Assembly: GCA_963707635.1 (NCBI GenBank)
Contig: OY970173.1
Location: 1,344,001 to 1,408,000, forward strand
Length of the DNA: 64,000 nt
From: Candidatus Latescibacterota bacterium
Lineage (GTDB): Bacteria > Krumholzibacteriota > Krumholzibacteriia > WVZY01 > JAKEHA01
Direction: 5' to 3'
Below are positions 22,705 through 33,166 of this stretch, piece by piece (the first letter of the stretch is position 1; every line of letters begins with the position of its first letter). The position numbers and the translations under genes are program-made. The notes below the pieces were generated by a model. It saw only the letters and a list, made by a program, of their open reading frames with translations. It was not told the DNA's origin and did not search any database.

Positions 22705-22844
22705 CGTTCGAAACGGATGGGGCGCCGGTTCGACACCCAACGTAACTTCCTGCTTGGGAACAATATCGGCGGCTCATTCCGGGGTTGGGTTGGCGTCCTT
22801 CTTGCTCGTTTCCCGGGTTCGTTCTCCCAACGACCAGGAAGGGT

Positions 22845-22874
22845 TTGCCGGCTGCAATGGTTCGGACGTACGAT
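22845..22874 (+). promoter_or_regulatory. Putative internal promoter TTGCCG-N18-TACGAT for the ATPase pair
   Basis: Hexamers in the 179-bp gap, 9 nt upstream of ATG 22884. Confidence 0.45.
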
Positions 22875-22883
22875 TCCCAGATC

Positions 22884-23915
22884 ATGAATCCGCGTGAACA
22901 GGCGCAATCCGACGAGGAACTGCCGCGCTTGCGGACGTCCACGGATCCGCTGCTCGACGTCCACGACTTGAGCGTCAGCTTCGACACGCCGGAAGGCCGG
23001 GCGCGCGCCGTCGACTCGGTCAGCTTTTCGATACAGCCCGGGGAGACCCTGGGCCTGGTCGGCGAGAGCGGTTGCGGCAAGACCGTGAGCGCGCTGGCAC
23101 TCATGCGGTTGATCCAGACGCCGCCCGGCCGCATCGACGGAGGCCAGATACTTTTCAAGGGCTGCGACCTCCTCAAACTTCCCGAGCGCGAGATGCGCCG
23201 GATCCGCGGCAACGAGATCTCCATGGTGTTCCAGGAGCCGATGACCAGCTTGAACCCGGTCTTCACCTGCGGGTATCAGGTCGAGGAAGCGGTGCTCCTG
23301 CACCAGAAAGTGGGGAAGCGCGAAGCGAGCGAGCGCACCATCGAGATGCTCGCGCTGGTGAAGATCCCGGATCCCAGGCGCGTGGCGAAGTCGTACCCGC
23401 ACCAGCTTTCCGGCGGGATGCGCCAGCGGGTGATGATCGCGATGGCGCTCTCGTGCAACCCGAGTCTCCTGATCGCCGACGAGCCGACCACGGCGCTCGA
23501 CGTCACGATTCAGGCCCAGATCATCGACCTGCTGCTGTCGCTGCAGGAACAGTTCGGCATGGCGATCCTCATGATCACGCACGACCTCGGGGTGATCGCG
23601 GAGACGTGCCGTCGCGTGGTCGTGATGTATGCGGGGAAGGTGATGGAAGTGGCGAGCGTCAACGACCTGTTCAAGAACGCCCGTCACCCGTACACCATGG
23701 GATTGCGCGAGTCGATTCCGCGTTTCGCCGTCAAGGGCGAGCGCCTGCGCGTGATTCCCGGCAAGGTTCCGGACCCGCTCGACTTCCCCCGCGGGTGCCG
23801 ATTCTCCGACCGCTGCAAGTACGCGGAGTATCGGTGCGACAACGAGGACGTCGAGATCCGGGAGGTGGCGCCGGGCCACACGATCCGCTGCTGGAAGAAC
23901 GTGCACCATGACTAG
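22884..23915 (+). CDS. Peptide ABC transporter ATP-binding protein (OppD/DppD family)
   Basis: [30 protein letters not shown]-terminal oligo-HPY/Cys domain. Confidence 0.95.
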   Translation: MNPREQAQSDEELPRLRTSTDPLLDVHDLSVSFDTPEGRARAVDSVSFSIQPGETLGLVGESGCGKTVSALALMRLIQTPPGRIDGGQILFKGCDLLKLPEREMRRIRGNEISMVFQEPMTSLNPVFTCGYQVEEAVLLHQKVGKREASERTIEMLALVKIPDPRRVAKSYPHQLSGGMRQRVMIAMALSCNPSLLIADEPTTALDVTIQAQIIDLLLSLQEQFGMAILMITHDLGVIAETCRRVVVMYAGKVMEVASVNDLFKNARHPYTMGLRESIPRFAVKGERLRVIPGKVPDPLDFPRGCRFSDRCKYAEYRCDNEDVEIREVAPGHTIRCWKNVHHD

Positions 23916-24927
23916 CACCCAGGCGGAAACCGTCAAGGAGCGCGAGACGCCGGCGCGGGGCGACGCGCTGTTGCGCGTGGAGAATCTTGCCAAACACTTT
24001 CCCATCCGGCGGGGCGTGCTTTCTCGAATCGTGGGCTGGGTTCGTGCGGTCGACGGGGTGAGCTTCGAAGTCCGCCGCGGAGAAACCCTCGGGCTGGTCG
24101 GAGAGAGCGGTTGCGGCAAGACCACGCTCGCGCGGGTGATCCTGCGCCTCGCCGAGGCGACCTCCGGTCAGGTGTTCTTCGACAGCATCTCGGTCCTCGA
24201 TCTCGACGCCAACGAGATGCGCAAGCTTCGCAAGCGCATGCAGATCATCTTTCAGGACCCGTACGGCTCGCTCAATCCGCGCCTGACGGTCGGAAGCATG
24301 ATCGCGGAAGCCATCAAGATTCATCGTCTGGCGGTCGGCGAGGCCCTGCGCGCGCGTGTGGCCGAGCTGCTCGATCGCGTGGGCATCCCCGCGGAGTACA
24401 TGAACCGCTACCCGCACGAGTTCTCGGGCGGTCAACGGCAGCGCATCGGCATCGCGCGCGCCCTGGCCGTCAACCCGGACCTCGTCATTGCGGACGAACC
24501 GGTGAGCGCGCTCGACGTTTCGATCCAGGCGCAGATCATCAACCTGTTGAAGGATCTGCAGGACGCGCTGGGGCTGACGTATCTTTTCATCGCTCACGAT
24601 CTCGGCGTGGTCGAGTACATCAGCGATCGCGTGGCGGTCATGTACCTGGGGCGCATCGTCGAGCTGGCGGACACGCCCGACCTCTACCGCCACCCGCTCC
24701 ACCCGTACACCCAGGCGCTCCTGAGCGCGGTGCCCAGCCTCGACCCGGGAGTTCGGCGATCCCGAATCCTCCTCCCGGGAGACGTCCCCAGCCCGGCGGA
24801 TGTTCCACGCGGCTGTGCGTTCCACACCCGTTGTCCCCACGCGATGGCCATCTGTCGCGAGCAGACCCCGGAGTTCAAGGAAGTGGAACCCGGACATCGG
24901 ACCGCCTGCTGGCTCTATGAAAAATAG
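23908..24927 (+). CDS. Peptide ABC transporter ATP-binding protein (OppF/DppF family)
   Basis: [43 protein letters not shown]. Confidence 0.95.
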   Translation: MTSTQAETVKERETPARGDALLRVENLAKHFPIRRGVLSRIVGWVRAVDGVSFEVRRGETLGLVGESGCGKTTLARVILRLAEATSGQVFFDSISVLDLDANEMRKLRKRMQIIFQDPYGSLNPRLTVGSMIAEAIKIHRLAVGEALRARVAELLDRVGIPAEYMNRYPHEFSGGQRQRIGIARALAVNPDLVIADEPVSALDVSIQAQIINLLKDLQDALGLTYLFIAHDLGVVEYISDRVAVMYLGRIVELADTPDLYRHPLHPYTQALLSAVPSLDPGVRRSRILLPGDVPSPADVPRGCAFHTRCPHAMAICREQTPEFKEVEPGHRTACWLYEK

Positions 24928-25214
24928 CGGCGGCACTCTTTCGAGTGGTGGGGTTGACGGAAACGAACCTCCTGAACATACTGATCCTTGCTTCCACTGC
25001 TGGAGCACCCTCCCCCAAGTTTCCCACGGGCCGCGCACACGGTCAGTGTGGTACCAGAGCCCTGGGCCTTCCCCGGGCTCTTTTCGCGGGCTCTGCCTGA
25101 CGGCGAGCCGCTAGCGCCCGTCGGCCGGCTTCTCTAAGCGGTTTTTTGACAATCCCTTAATCTCGTCCCCCGGTGCGAGCCCCGGCGGTAAGGGATTGTC
25201 GCTATTGAGTGCCA

Positions 25215-25243
25215 TTGACACGCCGCCGGTCCGGGGCTATATT
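25215..25243 (+). promoter_or_regulatory. Sigma70-type promoter TTGACA-N17-TATATT
   Basis: Near-consensus hexamers with 17-bp spacer in the 500-bp gap upstream of the barrel operon. Confidence 0.7.
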
Positions 25244-25426
25244 GACGCCGAAGTCTGTTATATTGCTGGCATTGCAGAAATTGCTTGTGCTAGATTAACC
25301 CCACCTTGATCGAAGCCTTGCGGCGGACTAGGCCGCCGCAGAGGTTGTCCCCACCACAACAGATTAACGCCGGAATTGACACGGGACCCGTGGTTCGCGT
25401 GTCGGTGACTCGAAAGGGGTTCGCGA

Positions 25427-28400
25427 ATGTTCCCACGTGACTGCCGGGGGGCGATCATCCTCACATTCGCTTTATTGCTCCTGGGTCTTTTCGCCTCGAT
25501 CGCCGCCGCTCAAACGGGGACCATCACGGGAACCATCACCGCGGACGACGGCAAACCGCTCGCCTACGCCAACGTCGTCATCGTGGGAAGCACCATGGGT
25601 GCGATGAGTCTCTCCGATGGCAAGTTCACCATCGTCGGCGTGCCGGCGGGAACGCACACGGTTCGCGCCATGATGATGGGTTACAAGAAGACCGAGAAGA
25701 CGGGCGTGGTGGTCAACGCCGGGCAAGAGACCGTCGTGTCCTTCAAGATGGAAACCCAGGTCGTCCTCAAGACGCAGGAAATCACGGTGGTCGGCGAGAA
25801 GGCGATGGTCGAGGTCACGGAGTCGAAGACGGCCGCGAACGTATCCGAGAAGCAGCTGCAGGAAATGCCGGTGGACGACGTCCTGGAAGCGGTCGGCTTG
25901 AAAGCGGGCATCGTGAAAACGGGCGACGACATGCACGTTCGCGGCGGCCGCGGCGGTGAGGTGCAGATCCAGATCGACGGGGTGCCGGTGTCGGATCCGC
26001 TGGGCGGTTCATCGGTGGACGTGGGAATGCTGGGCACGTCGGGCTCGGAAATAGTCTCGGGCGGCATGGACGCAGAGTACGGCGACGCGCAGTCAGCGGT
26101 CATCAACATCGCCACCAAGGAGGGCGGGCGTCGATTCGCGGGCGAGTTCCGGTATTTCACCGACGATTTTGGACGACAGGACAAGACCTACACGAACTTC
26201 GACCGCATGAGCCTCGGGTTCGGCGGGCCGACGTGGTGGAAGAATCTTCGCTACTACGTGTCCGGCGAGGCGACGTGGAGCGACACCGAGAACGCGACCA
26301 TCGAGCCGCGCCCGGAGCACAAGATCACGGATTTCCTGAAGTTCCGCCAGCGCCAGACCGCGTCGTACAACGCGCAGGGGAAGCTGACGTACAACATGAC
26401 GCGCATGAAGGTGGACGGAGAAGCGATCTACTCGACGGCGCGGTCGGACGCGTACTACAACAACTGGAATATCGAAGGCTACGTGGGGAAGGTGTGGTAC
26501 TTCCAGGGCCTGTCGTACGCGGTCGCGCCGGAGCCGGGCCAGCCGGAGATAATGGAATTCAGCCGGCTACTCGTGTTCAACAACGGGCCGTGGGCGGAGA
26601 TCACGGACCCGGCCCAGCAGCAGCGGCAGCTGAACATTCGGCCGATCATTGTCCAGGACCTGGTGACGAACGAGGACGGGACCCAGAGCGTGGTGACCTA
26701 CGAGAACTTCCGGGCGGCGGACTTGCGCGACGGCAACGCGGTGTCGACGGTGTTGTGGGACGAGGCGATCAAGTCGAGCGACGGGTCGATCCTGTACTAC
26801 AAGCCGTGGGCGTTGTTCGAGGGCTTCCAGCGCCAGTTCAGCGACTTCAAGCCGTTCCTCGACGATCCCAACGGCGCCGACTCGTCATTCGTGGCGTTCA
26901 ACTCGGCGATGAACACGCCGGAGGCGCAGACCAACAACCTGCAGTTGAAGTTCGGGTTCAACCATCAGATAAACACCAAGCTGTTGTATTCGATCAAACT
27001 CTCGCGGCTGGATCTGCGCACCAAGACCTCGGTGCTGGACGCCGAGGGCAACCAGAAGGACCCGGCGGCCTTCTCGTCGGCGGGCTTGCCGGTGACGCTG
27101 CCGGACGGGACCTACCTGTCGGGCGGGGTGACGACGGCATCGTGGTACACGGACGACGTGTACCCCTATTTCGTGACGGCCTACGACTACCCGTTCTACT
27201 CCAACCAGCAGTCGCTGCAGTACCTGATCAAGGGAGACCTGACGTCCGAGCAGGTCCGGGGGCATCGCATCAAGACCGGGGTGCAGCTTCTCTATAATGA
27301 CTTGTCCGACGACGAGCGCGTGTTCCCGGCGCAGCAGCGCACCAACCCCGAGACGGGCATCGTCCAGCAGGGGCTGAACGTGAACAACTACACCAACTTC
27401 AACGCGGAGGGGGCGGTGTACGTTCAGGACAAGTGGGAGTACCAGGGGATGGTGCTCAACGCGGGGATGCGTTACGAGTGGTTCACGGTGGGCAACAACG
27501 ACGAGATCCTGATATCGAACTCGGAGATCGATTCCACGGTGGATGAGTTCAAGTGGAACATGTCGCCGCGACTCGGGGTCGCGTTTCCGATCACCGACCG
27601 CGACAAGTTCTTCTTCCACTACGGGCGATTCACACAGTGGCCCAGCCGCACTTACCTCTTCAAGACGCAGGACCCGGTCGGGTCGCTGGGGACGCTGGGC
27701 AATCCGAACCTGGAGCCGGAACTGACGGTGAGCTACCAGGCCGGCATTTCGCACCAATTCACCGACGACATCGCGGGCAACTTCGTGGTCTTCAACAAGG
27801 ACATCTACGGACTGATCTCGTCTACGCAGGTGACGGACGACTCGACGGGTATTCAGGCCTACCGGTTCATCAACCGCACGTATGCGAGCTCGCGAGGCCT
27901 GGAGGTCTCGCTGGAGAAGCGGTTGACACGGCGGCTGGGCTTCGAGGTGTACTATACTTACTCGTTCGCGGACGGTGTGGCCAGCGACGCGGACTTCGGG
28001 CGTTCGGCGGAGGGGCTGACTCACCTGCCGACGGAAGAGCTCCCGCTCGACTGGGACCAGCGCCACACGTTCAACGTGACCCTGCGGTTGCAGGACCGCA
28101 ACAAGTGGGGCGTGACGGCGATCTACTCGTACGGATCGGGGCTGCCGTGGACGCCGGTGGATCGATTCGCGCGCCTGCAGGATCCCGAGGCGGAAAACTC
28201 GTTGCGCCTGGAGCCGACGCACAAGCTTTCGCTGCAGGGGCGCAAGCTCTTCAACGTATACGGGCGTGAGCTGACGCTGTTCTTCGAGGGGCGCAACCTC
28301 CTCGACGACGACATTCTGCTGCCGGGCGGAACGTCGCCGGGCGCGTTTCCGGCCATGGTGGCGGCGACGATGGACGGCGGCTCGTACCTGACCGAGACCG

Positions 28401-28528
28401 GCGAGTACGGCGGCGCGTACCTGCAGGACAACAACGACGATGGGCTGAACGAATTCAACCCGGTGTTCGATCCTACGATCTGGGAAACGCATCGTCTGTG
28501 GCGTCTCGGGCTCGGGTTCGAATTCTAA
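25427..28528 (+). CDS. TonB-dependent receptor-like outer-membrane protein with N-terminal carboxypeptidase-regulatory-like domain
   Basis: Signal peptide; GTITGTI...GKPLAYANV domain; plug motifs HVRGGR, IDGVPV, SGGMDAEYG; SPRLG; GNPNLEPE; C-terminal WRLGLGFEF. Confidence 0.9.
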   Translation: MFPRDCRGAIILTFALLLLGLFASIAAAQTGTITGTITADDGKPLAYANVVIVGSTMGAMSLSDGKFTIVGVPAGTHTVRAMMMGYKKTEKTGVVVNAGQETVVSFKMETQVVLKTQEITVVGEKAMVEVTESKTAANVSEKQLQEMPVDDVLEAVGLKAGIVKTGDDMHVRGGRGGEVQIQIDGVPVSDPLGGSSVDVGMLGTSGSEIVSGGMDAEYGDAQSAVINIATKEGGRRFAGEFRYFTDDFGRQDKTYTNFDRMSLGFGGPTWWKNLRYYVSGEATWSDTENATIEPRPEHKITDFLKFRQRQTASYNAQGKLTYNMTRMKVDGEAIYSTARSDAYYNNWNIEGYVGKVWYFQGLSYAVAPEPGQPEIMEFSRLLVFNNGPWAEITDPAQQQRQLNIRPIIVQDLVTNEDGTQSVVTYENFRAADLRDGNAVSTVLWDEAIKSSDGSILYYKPWALFEGFQRQFSDFKPFLDDPNGADSSFVAFNSAMNTPEAQTNNLQLKFGFNHQINTKLLYSIKLSRLDLRTKTSVLDAEGNQKDPAAFSSAGLPVTLPDGTYLSGGVTTASWYTDDVYPYFVTAYDYPFYSNQQSLQYLIKGDLTSEQVRGHRIKTGVQLLYNDLSDDERVFPAQQRTNPETGIVQQGLNVNNYTNFNAEGAVYVQDKWEYQGMVLNAGMRYEWFTVGNNDEILISNSEIDSTVDEFKWNMSPRLGVAFPITDRDKFFFHYGRFTQWPSRTYLFKTQDPVGSLGTLGNPNLEPELTVSYQAGISHQFTDDIAGNFVVFNKDIYGLISSTQVTDDSTGIQAYRFINRTYASSRGLEVSLEKRLTRRLGFEVYYTYSFADGVASDADFGRSAEGLTHLPTEELPLDWDQRHTFNVTLRLQDRNKWGVTAIYSYGSGLPWTPVDRFARLQDPEAENSLRLEPTHKLSLQGRKLFNVYGRELTLFFEGRNLLDDDILLPGGTSPGAFPAMVAATMDGGSYLTETGEYGGAYLQDNNDDGLNEFNPVFDPTIWETHRLWRLGLGFEF

Positions 28529-28567
28529 ATGCACCGGCGCGCTGGAATCTTTCTGGAGGTTCGAAAC

Positions 28568-29515
28568 GTGAAATCTCAATTCTTGAAGGGCATCGTGGCG
28601 GCATCGCTCGTGGCGGTGATACCGGCGCAGGTGTACGCGACCGAGCCTTTCGCGAAGGTGGGAACGTACGCAATGCAGTTCCTCAAGATCGGCGTATCCG
28701 CGCGCGCGTCCGGCATGGGAAGCGCGTTTACGGCGATCGCCAACGACGCTACCGCCACCTACTGGAACCCGGGCGGACTCGTGGACGTGACCCGCACCGA
28801 CATTTCGCTTTCCTACACGTGGTGGCCGGCGGACATCGCGCTGAACTACGCGGCGGGCGCGTTTACGCTGCCGTTCATCCCGGGCACGTGGGGCGTGAGC
28901 GCGCGGGCGTTGACGATGGATCCGCAGGTGGTCCGCACCATCTTCCTCCCGGACGGGACGGGCGAAACCTTCGATTCGGGCGACATGTCCTTCGGCCTTT
29001 CGTACGCGAAATTCTTCACCGACAAGTTCTCGTCCGGCGCCACCGTCCAATTCGTGCACTCGGGGCTGGCAGACAAGAGCGTGAACGCCTTCGCCATGGA
29101 TTTCGGCCTGGTGTACCGGATCGGTCTCTGGGGCATGCGCCTGGGGATGCTGATCCAGAGCCTCGGCTCCACGGTCAATTACGACGACCGCGAGTCCAAG
29201 ATGCCGATGGTATTCAAGGTCGCGATGGCGGCCACGCCCTACTCGCAGGGAGTCAACAGCGTGCAGGGCGTGTTCGAATTCACGCACCCGTCCGACAACC
29301 AGGAGCGGATCAACCTGGGCGCGGAGTACGGGTTCAACCAGTTCTTCTTCCTGCGCGGCGGGTATGATCTCAACGCCGACTCCGAAGGCCTCGCGGCCGG
29401 CATGGGGTTGCGCATCGACACCAGCCAGACATCGGACCTGACGTTCGATTACGCGTGGTCGGATTTGGGCTTCATGGGCGAAGTGCACCGCATTACACTC
29501 GGGTTCAGTTACTAG
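28568..29515 (+). CDS. PorV/PorQ-family outer-membrane barrel
   Basis: GGAGGT RBS then GTG. Signal peptide, QFLKIGVSARASGMG, ANDATATYWNPGGL, C-terminal DYAWSD...HRITLGFSY. Confidence 0.85.
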   Translation: MKSQFLKGIVAASLVAVIPAQVYATEPFAKVGTYAMQFLKIGVSARASGMGSAFTAIANDATATYWNPGGLVDVTRTDISLSYTWWPADIALNYAAGAFTLPFIPGTWGVSARALTMDPQVVRTIFLPDGTGETFDSGDMSFGLSYAKFFTDKFSSGATVQFVHSGLADKSVNAFAMDFGLVYRIGLWGMRLGMLIQSLGSTVNYDDRESKMPMVFKVAMAATPYSQGVNSVQGVFEFTHPSDNQERINLGAEYGFNQFFFLRGGYDLNADSEGLAAGMGLRIDTSQTSDLTFDYAWSDLGFMGEVHRITLGFSY

Positions 29516-29535
29516 CGCTCACGCGGCGTGTGAAA

Positions 29536-31095
29536 ATGAACAATCCGCGGGTTACCGCTGCGATAGGCGCCCAACGGGGCGCCTATCGTTTCTTCGGCAC
29601 CCTCCTCGTGCTGTGCGCCCTGGCGACGGGGGCGCCGGCCGCCACCCAGGTTGGACGCGGCGACTTCGATTTCTACCTGGATTCGGCGTCGTTTCGCGGG
29701 CGCGACGGGAAGGCGCTGGTCTCCATCCCCATCCGCATCTCCAATTCCGTGCTCAAGCTGAACCAGAAGGGCGCGGTCTGGGAGGGCAACCTCAAGCTCA
29801 ACATCCTCATCGTCGACGACGCCGGCCACGAGCTGGTGAAGAAGACCGAGCGAACCACGTTCACCGAGTCGGACCTGTCGCGGGTGGATAGTCCGGTGGC
29901 GTTTCAACTGCTGATTCGCCAATTCCTGCTCCCGCCGGGTGGGTACTGGCTGTCCTACGTGGTCGAGGACCTGAACGCGCCCAAGATCAGCGTGATCGCG
30001 CTGGCCCGCAAGCAGAACAAGTCGTCGACCGTGCGCACCGCGCGCCTGAACGTGCCGGAGATCCCGGAAGACGAAGCCTCCTTCAGCGACGCCTGGTTTG
30101 TGTGGGACGTGGATCCGCGCGCCGAGGGCGTTCGCAAGTACCGTCCGAACCCGGCCCGCATGTACGGGCTCTACCGCGACACCCTGACGGTCTACCTGGA
30201 GTTGTACCTCCCCGACGAGGTGGCCCGCGCGCACGAGTTCGATTTTCGCACCGAGATCGTCACCCCGATGGGAGAATCCGTGCGCACGACCGAACGTACG
30301 CTGGTGGTGCCTCCACCCGGAGAGGGGAGGACCGCGGTCTACCCGGTGGTGATCCGCGAGGACGTCACCGCGCTGGAGGCGGGGGCGTACACGCTCTACT
30401 TCTCCTTCGGGCTAGAGGGGAATACGCGGGCGCGCGTGCGGGCGGGAGACTTTTCCGTGGCGTGGGACATGCGCACCTGGGAGATCCCGAGGCGCGAGTT
30501 CCTCGCCGAAGCGCGCTTCCTGCTGGGGGACAAGGAATTCAAGACCTTCCAGAGCAAGAGCCCCGGCGAGCAGGAGAGCATGCTCGACGAGCTGTGGAAG
30601 AGATTCGACCCCGTGCCCGAGACCGGGAACAACGAGGCCTACGACGAATTCCTCGTGCGGCTCGCGTTCATCGAGGCTCACTACGCCGAAGGTGGCGTCG
30701 CCATCTACTCCCGGCGTGGGGAGATATACCTTCGCTACGGTCCGCCGGACGAGACCGTGCAGGACGTCATTCCTGTCAACTACGATACGCTCGAGGAGGC
30801 CGAGCAGGTGGTTGAGAATCCATATCACCCGCTCAACATGAGTTCGAGCAGTGCCAAGCTCTACGCTACACCGAAGACCCGGAACTCCATCAGCGCGAGC
30901 GCCAACGCCCGCTACCGATCGGAGGACAATACCGCCGTGCCCTACGAACTGTGGATCTACCAGGCCGGGGGAGCGCCGATCCTGAAGCGGGACGAGGTCC
31001 AGGAGGTCGACATCGGCATGCGCTTCCTCTTTGTTGACAGGGACGGGCACGGACAGTACAAACTCGAACGCAGCTCATCGATCTCGGAAAAGTAG
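29536..31095 (+). CDS. GWxTD-domain protein with degenerate motif
   Basis: Signal peptide, Ig-like N-terminal part. LWKRFDPVPETGNNE...RRGEIYLRYGPPD...YELWIY...FLFVD...GQYKL. Confidence 0.75.
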   Translation: MNNPRVTAAIGAQRGAYRFFGTLLVLCALATGAPAATQVGRGDFDFYLDSASFRGRDGKALVSIPIRISNSVLKLNQKGAVWEGNLKLNILIVDDAGHELVKKTERTTFTESDLSRVDSPVAFQLLIRQFLLPPGGYWLSYVVEDLNAPKISVIALARKQNKSSTVRTARLNVPEIPEDEASFSDAWFVWDVDPRAEGVRKYRPNPARMYGLYRDTLTVYLELYLPDEVARAHEFDFRTEIVTPMGESVRTTERTLVVPPPGEGRTAVYPVVIREDVTALEAGAYTLYFSFGLEGNTRARVRAGDFSVAWDMRTWEIPRREFLAEARFLLGDKEFKTFQSKSPGEQESMLDELWKRFDPVPETGNNEAYDEFLVRLAFIEAHYAEGGVAIYSRRGEIYLRYGPPDETVQDVIPVNYDTLEEAEQVVENPYHPLNMSSSSAKLYATPKTRNSISASANARYRSEDNTAVPYELWIYQAGGAPILKRDEVQEVDIGMRFLFVDRDGHGQYKLERSSSISEK

Positions 31096-31169
31096 ATCGG
31101 GCGGGAGCGGCGTTCTCCACGAATCCCCCCGCAACCCTACCACCACTGGCCGGCAAGGAGCGTCTTGCG

Positions 31170-32033
31170 ATGCCCGAACTGCTGGGAATGAAACCGGGCC
31201 GGTTCCTCATCGCGCTCGCGGGACTATCGATGATCGCCGCGGTCACGGCCGTGGCGATGGCGCAGGACGGCGCTGCCCGCAACGACACCGCCTATGCCTC
31301 GGCGCCGTCGGATTCGTTCCGGGCGGGCGACTCCGGGGATGCGCCGGCGGCGACGGACACCGGCGGGGGAGGGATGGGGCTGGGGGCGCGCCTGCGGAGC
31401 AGCGGGCTCGGGCAGTTGTATATCAAAGGCGGGGTGTTCATGCACCCGCTGCTGCTGTGCGCGCTCATCGGGCTGGTGCTGAGCATCGAGCGCGCGTGGA
31501 CGCTGTCGCGCGCGCGCTCCAACACCAAGAAACTCATGATCGACGTGGTGCGCGCGCTGCGCGAGGAGGGGCCGGACGCCGCCCTCGCCGTCTGCCAGCG
31601 GACGCGCGGGCCGATCGCGGCGGTGCTGCACTCGGGCCTCTTGCGGGCGCACCGGGGAGCGGAAGCGGTCGAGAAGGCGATCTCGACCTCCGGTGCCATC
31701 GAGATGGCGTTCCTCGAGCGGGGACTGACTCTCCTCGCCTCGGTGTCCAACGTCGCCCCGCTGCTGGGATTCCTCGGCACCGTGTCCGGCATGATCTCCG
31801 CGTTTGCCGCGATCGCGGCCGCGGAGCAGGTGAGTGCGAAGCTCGTCGCCAAGGGCATCGAAGAGGCGCTGATCACGACCGCGGCCGGCCTGATGATCGC
31901 CGTCCCCGTGACCGTGTTTTACAGCTTCTTCGTCATGTCGATCGACCGCTTCATCATCGAAATGGAAGAGGCGAGCACCGAACTCGTGGACGAGCTGCTC
32001 GACATCGAGCACAAGCGCGGGGGGCTCGCGTAG
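31170..32033 (+). CDS. exbB: MotA/TolQ/ExbB proton channel protein
   Basis: GGVFMHPL, APLLGFLGTVSGMI and GIEEALITTAAGL motifs. Confidence 0.9.
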   Translation: MPELLGMKPGRFLIALAGLSMIAAVTAVAMAQDGAARNDTAYASAPSDSFRAGDSGDAPAATDTGGGGMGLGARLRSSGLGQLYIKGGVFMHPLLLCALIGLVLSIERAWTLSRARSNTKKLMIDVVRALREEGPDAALAVCQRTRGPIAAVLHSGLLRAHRGAEAVEKAISTSGAIEMAFLERGLTLLASVSNVAPLLGFLGTVSGMISAFAAIAAAEQVSAKLVAKGIEEALITTAAGLMIAVPVTVFYSFFVMSIDRFIIEMEEASTELVDELLDIEHKRGGLA

Positions 32034-32059
32034 CGGGGGCCGCCCGGGGTGACGTCGAT

Positions 32060-32470
32060 ATGAAGCGGTTCCGGAACAAATGGTCGAAGGGGGCGGGGGA
32101 GTTCCAGGCCGCGACCATGTCCGACATCGCGTTCCTGCTCCTCATTTTCTTCATCACCACCACCATCTTCTCGGTGGACGAGGGCATCCCGCTCGTCCTC
32201 CCCGCCGGCCAGTCGAGCGCAACCACCGTCAAGCAGAAGAACCTCCTCGAGATCAAGGCGTATCCGGACGGGTCGGTCGTGGCGGAGGGAAACCCCATCG
32301 GGATCGCGGGCGTGCGCGCCCTCGTGGAGCGACGGCTGGCTTCCAACGACGAACTGGTCGTGGTGGTGGTGACCCACCCCGAAGCCGAATACGGGCTGAT
32401 GGTGGACCTGCTCGACGAGATCAAGTTGGCGCGGTGCCGCCGGATTTCGCTGCGGACGATGGAGAAATAA
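32060..32470 (+). CDS. exbD: ExbD/TolR family protein 1
   Basis: TMSDIAFLLLIFF single TM helix with the conserved Asp; YGLMVDLLDEIK. Confidence 0.88.
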   Translation: MKRFRNKWSKGAGEFQAATMSDIAFLLLIFFITTTIFSVDEGIPLVLPAGQSSATTVKQKNLLEIKAYPDGSVVAEGNPIGIAGVRALVERRLASNDELVVVVVTHPEAEYGLMVDLLDEIKLARCRRISLRTMEK

Positions 32471-32916
32471 TGGCTGCGCGACGAGGCCGCTTCCCCAGGA
32501 AACAGCGCGTCAGGAACACCGTTCCGACCGCGTCGATGGCGGACATTGCGTTCCTGCTCCTGATCTTCTTCATGGCGACCACCATCTTCAAGATGGAGGA
32601 CGGGCTCGAGGTCACCCTCCCGCGCGCGGAGACCGCGCAGCACCAGCAACGCGAGCGGATCATGCACGTCTGGGTCGACAAGGGCGGGCGCATTTCGATC
32701 AACGACCGGCTGGTGCGGGCGGAGCAGGTGGAGGGAATCGTCAAGGGAGAGTTGCGCGGACGCCCGGACCTGGTGGTTGCCTTCAACGCGGATGACCGCG
32801 CGCCCTATCAGGCGGTGTCGGACGTGCTGGAGGGTCTCAAGGCCGCGAGCGCGGTTCGGGTGTCGTTCACCAGCGACCGGAAGCCGACCGGGGAGAGGCG
32901 GCGCCGGGAGCAATGA
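32470..32916 (+). CDS. exbD: ExbD/TolR family protein 2
   Basis: TAATG overlap; SMADIAFLLLIFF; ADDRAPYQAVSDVL. Confidence 0.88.
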   Translation: MAARRGRFPRKQRVRNTVPTASMADIAFLLLIFFMATTIFKMEDGLEVTLPRAETAQHQQRERIMHVWVDKGGRISINDRLVRAEQVEGIVKGELRGRPDLVVAFNADDRAPYQAVSDVLEGLKAASAVRVSFTSDRKPTGERRRREQ

Positions 32917-33010
32917 TCGCCGCGACGCCCACGGGAGGCTTCCGTTCGCGGGATAGCCGGTGCGCGCCCAGGCCTCGGAGGGCGCAACCGTCGACCCGGC
33001 CCGGGGCGGG

Positions 33011-33032
33011 GCCGGTGACCGGCGCTTTTTTT
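33011..33032 (+). terminator. Probable Rho-independent terminator
   Basis: GCCGG-TGA-CCGGC followed by GC and a 7-T run. Confidence 0.55.
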
Positions 33033-33166
33033 CCCCGGGCGGGCGGCCGGTCGGTATAATCCCGTAACATTCGTCCTGCGGCTCCCGTACTAACGTCCAG
33101 CCCGCGCTGGACGGGACCCGCGGGAGTCGTACTACTGAAATTCTTGCCAACGGGAAGGTGTCGTCG

